Shown: piece after piece, positions 37,382 to 46,558 of the stretch
Layout of the letters: each line of letters opens with the position of its first letter
Position numbering within the stretch: the stretch's first letter is position 1
Source: Elusimicrobiota bacterium
Lineage (GTDB): Bacteria; Elusimicrobiota; Elusimicrobia; 2-01-FULL-59-12
Assembly (NCBI GenBank): GCA_041660185.1
Contig: JBAZWU010000001.1
Location: 182,765-246,764, forward strand
DNA: 64,000 nt
Direction: 5' to 3'
Program-made: the position numbers and the translations under genes
The notes under the pieces: generated by a model
Seen by the model: only the letters and a program-made list of their open reading frames with translations
What the model was told of the DNA's origin: nothing
Databases searched by the model: none

Positions 37382-38033
37382 CGTGCTTTTCCCCTTCGGC
37401 CGGTGGTTGGATCAAGAGGCTCAGCCAGCGGATTTTCCGGGAACGATAGGCGGTGGCAATTCGCGCCACGAGATCCGTCTTCATGCCAGCCAGTCCCGCA
37501 GGATCCATCCGCAGATGATGTACCAGATACTCCCGTAAGTCGGCCGGGCTCATGATGGCGGTCCCCCGATCGGCAATCAGCTTGTCGGCAAGCGCTTTTT
37601 CCGGGACCGCGATCAGAAAGGAGCGATCCTCGTCGATTTCCACCTGATCGATTCCCAGCGCATACGTGGCGGCGGGAACCTGGCGATAGCTGAAGCGGCC
37701 GATCGGTGTCGAAAATTCACGCCCGCGACCCGGGGTGCAGGAGGTGATGCTTTCAACCCGCTCGGGAATCAGGCCATAGTAGTGGAGAGCGTAATCCAAA
37801 GAGATATAAGAGGGTCCGTAAATGAGGTTGGCCAGAACTTCCCGGGAAAACGGACGCCGGGCCAGCGTTTCACCGAAGACATAGAGGCCCTTCTTGACCC
37901 GAATGATCGACTTCTTTTTAAGCAGCGCGCGGATCTTGTCCCGGGGACGGTCGTATTCCCGCAGAACGTCCATCAGCATCTGATAGTCGAATTCTTCCCC
38001 GGCCACGCGCCTTCGCAGATCGTCAAGCTCCAT
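37374..38033 (-). CDS. abiEi: AbiEi family antitoxin / transcriptional autoregulator (winged-helix N-terminal domain)
   Basis: Position immediately upstream of and overlapping abiEii. N-terminal ..KIRALLKKKSIIRVKKGLYVFGE.. matches the AbiEi pattern L..G.L.R...G.Y. Confidence 0.7.
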   Translation of the reverse strand: MELDDLRRRVAGEEFDYQMLMDVLREYDRPRDKIRALLKKKSIIRVKKGLYVFGETLARRPFSREVLANLIYGPSYISLDYALHYYGLIPERVESITSCTPGRGREFSTPIGRFSYRQVPAATYALGIDQVEIDEDRSFLIAVPEKALADKLIADRGTAIMSPADLREYLVHHLRMDPAGLAGMKTDLVARIATAYRSRKIRWLSLLIQPPAEGEKHDE

Positions 38034-38039
38034 GGGGTG

Positions 38040-38090
38040 TATATATCACAATTAACATAGTATGTCGAGTATTATTCGACTTACTATGTT
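38040..38090 (-). promoter_or_regulatory. abiE promoter with overlapping inverted-repeat operator
   Basis: Minus strand: TCGACA (38063-38068) -17 nt- TATATA (38040-38045), only 6 nt before the ATG and with no SD. Inverted repeat AACATAGTATGTCGA (38054-38068) / TCGACTTACTATGTT (38076-38090), 14/15 complementary, overlaps the -35. Confidence 0.5.
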
Positions 38091-38197
38091 CATATATTAA
38101 TGAACCTAAAAGAAAGGCAGGCAGCATCTTTGCCATTAAGCTGAGCGTGCCATTCAGGATGAAGTCGGACATTCAGAATATGAACAACATTTCGAAC

Positions 38198-40000
38198 TTA
38201 GAATCGCCACTGCGCCAGTTGTTTGGCGACGACGGAAGGGTCATAGGAAAGAATCGCCCGGTCGTAATCGGAGAAATCCGCCGACGGGGAGAATCCCTCC
38301 CGGTTGTATCGAGCTTGTAGATTTTCCAGGAGCTTAATGGCGTGCCGTTTCTGCCCCAGGGCGCGATAGCAACGGGCCATCCAAAGGTCCGTCTCCCAAT
38401 AGCGCGGCTCGAACTGGCGGGCTCTTTCAAACCACGACAGCGCGGCCGATGGATCACCCATTCGGAAATGAATGCGGCCCAGAGCCAGCGCGTTGGTCGC
38501 TCGACCGGGGGCCAATTGAAGCGCTGTGTGATATTGGGAAAGGGCTTGAGGTAAATCGTCCAATCGCTGAGTGGCTTCCAGCGCGCGGCCAAACGACTCC
38601 CGGTAATACAATTGCCAAGGCGACAGACGCACTGATTTTTTGTGAAACGCAACAGCGGATCCGGCATCCTGTTGTTGCAGGCTCAACTGATGCCACGCTT
38701 CGGCGTCCCAGGGTTCCCACCGGGCCAGCCGGTCCCACCGTTGATTTTGGGCCCAGTGGTCTCGTAAAGCCAGACTCCCGAGGAGTCCCCAGAGACAGAC
38801 GGACACCAGACAGAGTCCGGCAACGGGGGTGGGGGTCGTGCTGATCCTTTTTTGAGAATCATGATAAAGGGTAGCCGCCCAAACCAGCGATAAAAAAACA
38901 AGAAACGGCATATGCCAGACGATATTGGTTAAGCTGCCCATCGCCATCACCAGCAGAGCGACATACGCTTCCGGGTGATGGGTGCCTCTCTTCCCCCCGT
39001 ATTTCCAGAACAGCCCGGCGAGTGCGGTCAAAAACAAGACCGCGGTGCCCAGCCCATATTCGCTGGCCAGCTGGAGATATTCATTGTGCGCAAATTGGGT
39101 GGTGCGGCCAAAGCGGATCGGGTCCGTTTCGATCGGGAAGGCATAGCGTTGATAAGCCATCTCGAAATTGCCCGCTCCATAACCCATGAGAGGGTTGTCT
39201 GCAATGGCTTTAATGGCGATCCCCCAGATCGGTATCCGGCCCTGGACCTCATTGGTTCGCAAATGGCGAGCGATCACGGTTTGTATCGGAGGAATCCCCA
39301 AAGCGATCACGACCCCTGCGACGCATCCGATCAAAACGCGACGCGCTGTTAACCAGGGACGTCCCAGATACATCACGCCTGCGATGGAAGCCAAAAAGGC
39401 GCTTCGAGAAGGGCCTTGGACAACAATGAAAAGGAGTCCGATCGCCAAAAGAAGTTCAAGGCGGTTTGACCATCGCTTTTTGTCGGTCCCTGGGCGCTGC
39501 CATCGAGCTAAAAGACCGAACGAAAGAGCGGTCATCCATAGGGCATTAAAAATCCGGTTGATGGGTAAAAAACCAGAGCTGAAACTCCATAGTCCTTGAT
39601 GCCACTCCCACAGCGTCTTCAGCGCGCTCAGGGCTACCAATAGAGAGCAGACATGCCAAAAAAGGTCGTCTTGCTTCAGAAGCTTTGGATGCATTTTCAG
39701 GGTGATCCACAGAACCCAATAAACCAATGCTTGGGTTGTCCAGAAGAGGCTGGCGCTTATATCACGGGATCCGAAGAAGGATAAAAGAATCAAAAAAAGC
39801 AGAAGAAATTCTATGCGCAGATCCGCAGGGGATGACTTGTTGACTACGTTATTGGTTGTCATCAAAGGAACGATCAAGAGGAGGAGCGGTGTTGCCCAGA
39901 CACAAAAGGACAGCGGTGTTTTGGCTCCTTGAAGGCAAAACCCAAGGACCAGAAGGAAGGAGAGGCCGTATCGTTCCGTCAGTTTAGAAGCGTTTATCAT
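38198..40000 (-). CDS. O-antigen ligase/PglL-like (Wzy_C domain) membrane protein with C-terminal TPR repeats
   Basis: Multi-pass. Wzy_C-type motifs GPSRSAFLA, RIPIWGIAIKAIADNPLMGYGAGNF and FAHNEYLQLASEYGL. C-terminal ~200 aa with TPR-like repeats (..ALGRIHFRMGDPSAALSWFERA..). Confidence 0.75.
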   Translation of the reverse strand: MINASKLTERYGLSFLLVLGFCLQGAKTPLSFCVWATPLLLLIVPLMTTNNVVNKSSPADLRIEFLLLFLILLSFFGSRDISASLFWTTQALVYWVLWITLKMHPKLLKQDDLFWHVCSLLVALSALKTLWEWHQGLWSFSSGFLPINRIFNALWMTALSFGLLARWQRPGTDKKRWSNRLELLLAIGLLFIVVQGPSRSAFLASIAGVMYLGRPWLTARRVLIGCVAGVVIALGIPPIQTVIARHLRTNEVQGRIPIWGIAIKAIADNPLMGYGAGNFEMAYQRYAFPIETDPIRFGRTTQFAHNEYLQLASEYGLGTAVLFLTALAGLFWKYGGKRGTHHPEAYVALLVMAMGSLTNIVWHMPFLVFLSLVWAATLYHDSQKRISTTPTPVAGLCLVSVCLWGLLGSLALRDHWAQNQRWDRLARWEPWDAEAWHQLSLQQQDAGSAVAFHKKSVRLSPWQLYYRESFGRALEATQRLDDLPQALSQYHTALQLAPGRATNALALGRIHFRMGDPSAALSWFERARQFEPRYWETDLWMARCYRALGQKRHAIKLLENLQARYNREGFSPSADFSDYDRAILSYDPSVVAKQLAQWRF

Positions 40001-41528
40001 TCTTTAAATAGGGAGCGGCCGATAGAAGTTCCTGCCGAAGGAGCCCGGCTGCCTGAGGCATCCCAGCGATGGTGTAGAGTTGAAGGGTGTTTCGCCAATA
40101 GGAGGTTCGAACAGGTTCCCGCTCCAGAGCGGATAACTGGCCGGCCAGGGCTTCTAGGAGAGGACCGGAATGGCTTGTCGTGCGTGCTTCTTCCAGCGCC
40201 AGGCGCGATCGCAATTCATAAGGAGCAGCTGCTCCTGGAGAGAGGCGGGTGGCCTCTTCCGACCAGCGGCCGGCCTGCGCATAATCCCCTGTTCGAAAAG
40301 CGGCTTCCGCTTTGGCTTGCCAACGATCCGCCTGAAAATACGAAAGGGCCAGCCAGGCACCGGCGCAACCGATCGTCAGTCCGGTCGCCCGGATAATATA
40401 AGGAAGATGGCGATGAGATGTGACCGCGGCCCAGGGGCCGCTGCATAAGGACAGCAAGCTCCAGAAGAGGAAAGCATGAGCCGGGATCAGCAGGCTGTAG
40501 TCGATCGTGTTGTGCACTATCACGGCGATGACCCCGGCCGCCAGGAAGGGGCGGTGGGACCCGCGAAGGGCATAAATCCAGAGAGCCGCCAGGCTGGATA
40601 AGAACAGGAGGCCATTTTCAGCCAGCCATTGGAGCAGCGTGCTGTGAGCATACAACGAATAGAGGGAAAGGTCTTTTAAATGCGGGATGGCCATCTCAAA
40701 GGATCCTGGACCCAGACCCCGGAAGGGATGGACCGCGGCCATTTGGAGCGTGGCTTGCCACCAGAGCCAGCGATGCGGGTCGCCTCCCGCGGAAAACTTC
40801 CAGAGAACTCCCCCCAGTAAAATCAACACGGCCATTAGAAACCAAGAACGGTTCTGTCTCCGGCCTTTCTGTTCGCGGCCGGACAAATACAGCAATCCTG
40901 CGGCAAAACCCAGAAAAGCGCCTATTGAACCGGTCCGAATCAGAGTCCCACCTGTCAGAATCAGAAACAAGACCGGCCAGAGACGGGAACGGGAGTCATT
41001 CAATCGTTCAAGACCAGCAAAAAATGGGATCAGCAGATACCCGGCCAGCAGATTGGGATTAAGGAGACTCGCCTGAAGGGCGGCATGACGGAAGAAGAAC
41101 TGGCCGAGCGCCCAGAGACAGAGCAGACTCCAGGTCCAGAAAAGAGCGGTGATAAACTTCTTTTGTTCATCAGAGGAAAGCCGGCCCGTTAAGAAAAAAA
41201 TAAGCGCATAATCCACCCATAACCAAAATTCCTGCTGGCTACGGACAGGACAACCGGAGAAGAAGGTGGAAATACCTAATGTGACGAGGAGACAGGCCCA
41301 GAGTCTGGAGTAGATCATCGCTTCTTTCGAAAGAGCAACGTTGTTGAGGACCCATCGGCAGGCCAGGCCAATCAGCGTGACGTGAATAAGCGTTTGAGCC
41401 CATAGATCCACGGCCGCGGCGCAGAAAGGTGCGAGGGCAACAACTCCCAACAGGACCCAAAAATCAAAACGCAGACGGATCAAGGATAAAGCATCCGTCT
41501 GCGTCTTCAAAGATGGAGTTAACGTCAT
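39984..41528 (-). CDS. O-antigen ligase/PglL-like (Wzy_C domain) membrane protein with C-terminal TPR repeats (second copy)
   Basis: Motifs RTGSIGAFLGF, HPFRGLGPGSF and YAHSTLLQWLAENGL. TPR-like tail. Its ATG overlaps the pilQ stop (ATGA). Confidence 0.75.
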   Translation of the reverse strand: MTLTPSLKTQTDALSLIRLRFDFWVLLGVVALAPFCAAAVDLWAQTLIHVTLIGLACRWVLNNVALSKEAMIYSRLWACLLVTLGISTFFSGCPVRSQQEFWLWVDYALIFFLTGRLSSDEQKKFITALFWTWSLLCLWALGQFFFRHAALQASLLNPNLLAGYLLIPFFAGLERLNDSRSRLWPVLFLILTGGTLIRTGSIGAFLGFAAGLLYLSGREQKGRRQNRSWFLMAVLILLGGVLWKFSAGGDPHRWLWWQATLQMAAVHPFRGLGPGSFEMAIPHLKDLSLYSLYAHSTLLQWLAENGLLFLSSLAALWIYALRGSHRPFLAAGVIAVIVHNTIDYSLLIPAHAFLFWSLLSLCSGPWAAVTSHRHLPYIIRATGLTIGCAGAWLALSYFQADRWQAKAEAAFRTGDYAQAGRWSEEATRLSPGAAAPYELRSRLALEEARTTSHSGPLLEALAGQLSALEREPVRTSYWRNTLQLYTIAGMPQAAGLLRQELLSAAPYLKNDKRF

Positions 41529-42976
41529 TCAGCAGTAATTTTTGGGGTCAGGAAAACAATCAGCTCCGTGCGTTGTTTCCGGTCGTCGGTGGTTTTGAAA
41601 AGGTAGCCGAGGATCGGGATATTCATCAGGAACGGGATACCGGATACGGTTTTGGTGGTGTTTTCTTTAATGAGTCCGCCGATGGCGATGGTTTCTCCAT
41701 CTTTCAGAATCACCGTGGTGTCCGCGTTTCGCGTATTCACCTGGGGCGGGGCTCCGGTGGCGGTCACGCTGGCGTCACTGACCTCCGGTCGCACCTTCAG
41801 GGTGATGCGGCGATCCGCGTTCACCGTGGGTTTAACGTTCAACTTCACGCCAGCGGTAATAAACTGGACGCTCTGCTGAGACGCTCCGCTGCCGGAGAGG
41901 GTGGAGACATAATAAGGATACTGAGAAGCGACTTCAATTTTAGCCTCTTCGTTGTTGATCGTCACAATATGCGGGGTGGACAGAATCTTCACGCGCCCTT
42001 TGTTGGCCAGAGCGGTGAGTTGAGCGCCGAGTAAATAGGCGCCCTTCTGGGTCAAGAGCGATAACGCTACTGAACTCATGGACGAACCTGGCAGATTAAC
42101 GCCTGTCCCTGCCGTTGCTTGATTGTCCGTATATGTAGTGAACGGAGCTACGGGTAAATAACCGCCACTCCCGGGAACTATTGTCGTTTCACTCGTGTTC
42201 GATGAACCGATTGAGGAGTCACCGCCCTTATTTTGAACAGCATATTGCCAGCTGATGCCGGTCTGGGTTTCGTCGTCGAGCGTCACTTCAACGATCTTGG
42301 ATTCAATATCCACCTGCTGCGGCTTCTTATCCAGTATGGGAATCAGGTCTTCGACTTCCTTCAGGCCTTCCTGGGTATCGGTAATAATGATGGAATTCGT
42401 CGCTTTATCAACGGTGGAAACCCCCTTGCGGCCGGCGGAACTGCGGATGGCATCAATGGGTTTTTTCACTTCTTCGGCGGTGGCATAATTCAGGCGGAAA
42501 ACGCGGGTAAAGGTCGTTGCCTGCGATTGTTCCGTCGTCAGGGCTGTTGAGGTCACCACGCGGATCACCTTGGGCCCCATGGGCAAGGCCACCAGCGCTT
42601 TGAGGGTCAGAATCGTGTGGAAGGCCTGATCAAACGGAACCCGATCCAGATGAACCGAGACAGGACCCAAGACGTCCGATCCATAAATGATATTCAGCCC
42701 GGATTTAACGGCCAGCAGATGGAGCACATCCCGGACATCGGCATCCTGAAAATCCATCGTCATGGGGGTTTTAGGTAGAACCAGATCGCCGACCCGGGTG
42801 GTTTGGGCGCGGGGGGCTTCCTCGCTTTCTGAAGAGGGCGTCGTTTGAACCTCGGAGGTGCCGGCGGACAGATCCGCGTCGCGCATCTCGGAGTCCACCG
42901 CAGCCAGAAGCGGTTGGCCGGAGAGGCAGATCGACAGTAGCGTCGCTAAAATAGGTTGTCCTTTAAGCTCAATCAT
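41525..42976 (-). CDS. pilQ: Type IV pilus secretin PilQ
   Basis: Secretin C-domain GIPFLMNIPILGYLFKTTDDRKQRTELIVFLTPKI. NolW-like repeats. Start at MIELKG is preceded by GGAGGA; the ORF-track extension is rejected. Confidence 0.85.
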   Translation of the reverse strand: MIELKGQPILATLLSICLSGQPLLAAVDSEMRDADLSAGTSEVQTTPSSESEEAPRAQTTRVGDLVLPKTPMTMDFQDADVRDVLHLLAVKSGLNIIYGSDVLGPVSVHLDRVPFDQAFHTILTLKALVALPMGPKVIRVVTSTALTTEQSQATTFTRVFRLNYATAEEVKKPIDAIRSSAGRKGVSTVDKATNSIIITDTQEGLKEVEDLIPILDKKPQQVDIESKIVEVTLDDETQTGISWQYAVQNKGGDSSIGSSNTSETTIVPGSGGYLPVAPFTTYTDNQATAGTGVNLPGSSMSSVALSLLTQKGAYLLGAQLTALANKGRVKILSTPHIVTINNEEAKIEVASQYPYYVSTLSGSGASQQSVQFITAGVKLNVKPTVNADRRITLKVRPEVSDASVTATGAPPQVNTRNADTTVILKDGETIAIGGLIKENTTKTVSGIPFLMNIPILGYLFKTTDDRKQRTELIVFLTPKITAE

Positions 42977-43001
42977 ACGATCCTCCAAACACCCGTCATT
43001 T

Positions 43002-43442
43002 TCAATTAATAGTCGCTTTCGCCCGAATTTCACGAACCGCACGGTCCGCGCCGGTGATGACGACACTGTCCGTCTTGATGACGCCTGAAATATTTTTGAT
43101 CGGGCGGTTGCGCGAATTATATAAGCGTCCACCCCGCAAAATGTAACTGCTGGCGCCGCTGCTCAGGAGCGCCATTCGGCCCCGGGAATCCTGCACGATC
43201 CCCCGAAGAACCAGCGAGGCGATTTGCGGCGGCCGGTCTATGATCTGGTCATTCCGGGAATCCCCGGTTAAGGGAATAAAGGGGTCTCGATAGCGGTCCC
43301 CATAGAATTGGTAATTCAGATAGAACGGTTTGGGAGCCGATGGACGCGGGGTTACGGTCTTCGGGGCAGAGACGCCGACCGTCCAACCGCTGCCGGATAC
43401 GGATAAAATCAGAAAGGCCAAGAGTAAAGGTCGATTATTCAT
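43002..43442 (-). CDS. pilP: PilP-like pilus assembly protein
   Basis: Position between pilO and pilQ. Signal peptide. DPFIPL motif followed by LVLRGIV...ALL....Y.LR.G pattern. No lipobox Cys. Confidence 0.5.
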   Translation of the reverse strand: MNNRPLLLAFLILSVSGSGWTVGVSAPKTVTPRPSAPKPFYLNYQFYGDRYRDPFIPLTGDSRNDQIIDRPPQIASLVLRGIVQDSRGRMALLSSGASSYILRGGRLYNSRNRPIKNISGVIKTDSVVITGADRAVREIRAKATIN

Positions 43443-43986
43443 GGTATTTAAACGCAATGAGCGTAAAGGTGGCCGTCACGGTCTTCGACGCGTCCGTCTT
43501 GGAATTGGTGCCCTGCAGGGCCAGATTTCTCGCGGCAAACAAGCGTTCGCCCTTGCCCATGGCGGTAAAGAAATTTCCGATGGTATGGAAGGAGGCGGAC
43601 AAGGACACCTGATAAGGCACTTCATCATAGAGGCCTTTGGGAGCGGATTTTTGCGGGGCAAATGACGCCAACGTTAAGCCGTAGGACTCGACGCGGTGGG
43701 TGAACACGCGGATCAAGCTTGGTAATTCCACGCTCTTCGGCAGCTGGCGTTCCAGTTCAGCCACATCCACCTGAAGGCTCTGCATTTCGGTCTGGATTTT
43801 ATTCAGCTGTCCGGCCCGGGCGCGAGCGAGGCTCAGTTTTGAGTTCAACTCCGCCACGTTTCTTTTCTCGAAGGAAATCGAGTTTTGTAGAGGCTGGAAA
43901 ACAAATTTCCAGTATCCCCATACGCTGGCGCCAATCAGCGCCAGGGAACACAGAAGAAGCGTGATGTTACGATTTTTTAGTGGCAT
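43435..43986 (-). CDS. pilO: Type IV pilus assembly protein PilO
   Basis: Single N-terminal TM, then a coiled-coil, then a ferredoxin-like C-terminal part. Synteny pilM-N-O. Confidence 0.7.
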   Translation of the reverse strand: MPLKNRNITLLLCSLALIGASVWGYWKFVFQPLQNSISFEKRNVAELNSKLSLARARAGQLNKIQTEMQSLQVDVAELERQLPKSVELPSLIRVFTHRVESYGLTLASFAPQKSAPKGLYDEVPYQVSLSASFHTIGNFFTAMGKGERLFAARNLALQGTNSKTDASKTVTATFTLIAFKYHE

Positions 43987-44560
43987 CGGGCACCGGGTTC
44001 ATTCGTTTATACATCGTATTAATATGGAAGGAGATCGTTTGTCCCCCTTCCGCCTGCTGGGTCGCGTTAAGCGTCCCCATATCAATGTCAGAGAAAATTT
44101 GTGATGTTTCAAGGTTTGAAATCAGATCGGCGATGGCATAGTTGTCGAGCGCGATGAGATCCATGCCGACCTGAAGATTGTTGCTGCCGGGCTGGCTCAC
44201 GGTCGTTAAGTTGGTCAGCCAGAGATTCCCCGGGAGCAGTTTGACGAAATCATCCATAAACTGCGGGTAGCGAAGCCTCTCACTTTCCAGCTGTTGAATA
44301 ATATTTTTCCGGTTTCCGAGCTGTAGTTTCTGAGCTTCCAGAGCCTCGACTTGGTTGATAATCGGCTGGTAACGCTCCAGCTCGCTCTTTAAGGCCGCCG
44401 AGTCTATTTGGAGGTGTTTGTGCGTCCCTTTCTGTTTGATCCAGAGGGGAATGAGAAAAATGACTAAAATCAAAACAGCCGGAGCGACAATGGGAATGGC
44501 GGGATTAACGGGTGTGGCATTGGTTTCCAATTCCGATGGAAGTAAATTGATGTGGATCAT
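43967..44560 (-). CDS. pilN: Type IV pilus assembly protein PilN
   Basis: MIHINLLP N-terminal PilM-binding motif. Single TM. Coiled-coil. Confidence 0.8.
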   Translation of the reverse strand: MIHINLLPSELETNATPVNPAIPIVAPAVLILVIFLIPLWIKQKGTHKHLQIDSAALKSELERYQPIINQVEALEAQKLQLGNRKNIIQQLESERLRYPQFMDDFVKLLPGNLWLTNLTTVSQPGSNNLQVGMDLIALDNYAIADLISNLETSQIFSDIDMGTLNATQQAEGGQTISFHINTMYKRMNPVPDATKKS

Positions 44561-45642
44561 GCGACGCCGTCCTTTACGCGACGGGTGGCCAGACCCAGTG
44601 CCACCGCCAGTTGCGGCAGTTGAGCCTGTTGTTCTTCCGTCAGGTCGGTCGGCGGATTTTGTAACAGCGGAAGAGGATTAAAGATTTCAACCTGAATTTT
44701 CAGTTCATTCGCCAGAAGGGTGTCCAACATTTTTAAATTGGCGCTTCCCCCGCAAAGAAAAATCTTATTCACCAAGCGATCCGTCCCTTGGGACAGATAA
44801 AAATCGATGGATCGTTGCACCTCGGTGATCAGATCTCGGGCAACGGGCAAAAGCGCTTCCGTGGTTTGTTGCGCTTCCGGATCAGAAGCGTTTTCGACCA
44901 GGCCGTAGGTCAGTTTCTTTTGTTCGGCTGTTTTGACGTCACATTGGAACTGCCGTTGGATAGCTTTGGTGAACGTATTTCCGGCGATAAAAACATCCCG
45001 GACGACCCGGCTGACCCCTTTTTCAACGATGGACATATTGGTAAAGCTGGCGCCGATATTCAAAAAGAGGACCGTCTCCGATTGCGAACCCGGGAAAACC
45101 TGTTCGTAGGCATTCTCAAGCGCAAAGGCATCTACATCCACAATCACCGGCTGAAGGCCGGCTTCCTTCAGGACATCCACCCGCAACTCCACCGAGTCTT
45201 TTTTGGCGGCCACCAGAAGGGTTTCCATCTGGGATTGCCCCTCTTCCACCAAGTCCCCCAAGATATCAAAACTGATGTTCACGTCTTCAATATTAAACGG
45301 GATGTAAGGTTCCGCCTCAAATTTGATGGATTTAGCTAATTCAGCCGCCGGCATCTTATTCATCTTGACGTATCGGACGATGACCGAATTTCCGGACACG
45401 GAGGTGACGGATTTCTGGGAGGGAAGGGCTGTTGTCCGCAGGTAATTCTGAAGAGCCATAATGGCTTGACCTTTGCGGTCAATCAGCGGGGTATCCAACG
45501 GCAAATCGTCTCCATAAGGAATAACCCCCCAGTGCATCAAGCTCCATTGCCCCCCTTGTTTTTTCAGGCAAACCAGCTTAATCGCAAAGGTGCCAATGTC
45601 AACACCTAGAAGGTCTTGTTTCCGTTTGAAGAAGTTCAACAT
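44557..45642 (-). CDS. pilM: Type IV pilus assembly ATPase-like protein PilM (actin fold)
   Basis: LLGVDIGTFAIKLV phosphate-1 motif. LNIGASFTN and LCGGSANL motifs. Confidence 0.85.
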   Translation of the reverse strand: MLNFFKRKQDLLGVDIGTFAIKLVCLKKQGGQWSLMHWGVIPYGDDLPLDTPLIDRKGQAIMALQNYLRTTALPSQKSVTSVSGNSVIVRYVKMNKMPAAELAKSIKFEAEPYIPFNIEDVNISFDILGDLVEEGQSQMETLLVAAKKDSVELRVDVLKEAGLQPVIVDVDAFALENAYEQVFPGSQSETVLFLNIGASFTNMSIVEKGVSRVVRDVFIAGNTFTKAIQRQFQCDVKTAEQKKLTYGLVENASDPEAQQTTEALLPVARDLITEVQRSIDFYLSQGTDRLVNKIFLCGGSANLKMLDTLLANELKIQVEIFNPLPLLQNPPTDLTEEQQAQLPQLAVALGLATRRVKDGVA

Positions 45643-45719
45643 TCGAAATTGTGTAAAGACATATCAAATCTCACGTTGTTTACAAATCAGAGCTAATCTA
45701 ACAGGAGTGTTAGAAGTTG

Positions 45720-46487
45720 TCAAGGGGAAATCACCCGGATCCACTCATTCGGGAAGAGACAAGCCAGGTACGCGCCGAAGCTTAAAAAGGGGCCGAAGGG
45801 TAAAACGTCCCCTCTTTTCTTTCTGCCGAAGAGCATGAGACCGCCTCCGAGAAGCCCGCCGAGGAGTGATCCAAAAAAGAGAGAACCGAATAACCCGGAC
45901 CAACCTAACAGAGCGCCAAAGGCGGCCATCAGCTTAATGTCTCCTCCGCCTAGAGCCTCTTTTTTAAATAGTTTTTCTCCTAACCAGGCCAGCAGGAGCA
46001 TTCCCAGAAAACCCGTCGTTCCAGCCAGAAGACTTTCGATCACCCCCGGCCAACCTCCCGGGAGGAAGGGGTTCTTATAGGAAAAGACCAACCCCCAAAT
46101 CACTAAGGAGAGAGAGAGTTCATCCGGAATGATGCGATGACGATAGTCAATTATGGAGAGAGTGAGTAAATAAAACGAGAGCAGGTCGGAAATCAAAACG
46201 CGTCCTGGAGATCCAAACCACAGGGCATTGAACATAAATAGGAAAGCCATGGTTGTTTCGACCAACGGATACTGCCACAAAATCGGTTGATGACAGAAGT
46301 GGCATCGTCCCCGGAGAAATAAAAAGCTAAGCAAGGGAATGTTGTCGATCCAGCGGAGGGGGTGACTGCATTGAGGACAGCGGGATCGCGGAAAGCCTAA
46401 CGATTCGCATTTTGGGAGTCGGAGGATACAGACATTGGCAAAGCTTCCAAAGGCGAGTCCAAACAAAAAGGAGATGAGATAACGCAT
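45720..46487 (-). CDS. pilD: Prepilin peptidase / N-methyltransferase PilD (A24 family)
   Basis: Cys-rich CPQCSHPL...RGRCHFCHQPI. Catalytic Asp motifs IIDYRHRIIPD and GGGDIKLMAAFGALLGW. Confidence 0.9.
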   Translation of the reverse strand: MRYLISFLFGLAFGSFANVCILRLPKCESLGFPRSRCPQCSHPLRWIDNIPLLSFLFLRGRCHFCHQPILWQYPLVETTMAFLFMFNALWFGSPGRVLISDLLSFYLLTLSIIDYRHRIIPDELSLSLVIWGLVFSYKNPFLPGGWPGVIESLLAGTTGFLGMLLLAWLGEKLFKKEALGGGDIKLMAAFGALLGWSGLFGSLFFGSLLGGLLGGGLMLFGRKKRGDVLPFGPFLSFGAYLACLFPNEWIRVISP

Positions 46488-46500
46488 TTAAGGATAAAGC

Positions 46501-46534
46501 AAAAAGCGATCCCCGATTTCGGGGATCGCTTTTT
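46501..46534 (-). terminator. Rho-independent terminator/attenuator downstream of pilA
   Basis: AAAAAGCGATCCCCGA-tt-TCGGGGATCGCTTTTT is a perfect 16-nt inverted repeat with A/T tracts on both sides. It sits 25 nt after the pilA stop and upstream of pilD. Confidence 0.8.
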
Positions 46535-46558
46535 GTAAGACCTGTTCTTGAATGTTTG

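Noticed and set aside
36410-37555. 381-aa plus-strand ORF, the longest plus-strand ORF in the 35-38 kb region
   Set aside because: It lies entirely antisense to abiEii/abiEi, which carry strong family signatures. Its translation is Arg/Gly/Pro-rich and low in complexity, with no motif. This is a typical shadow ORF of GC-rich coding DNA.
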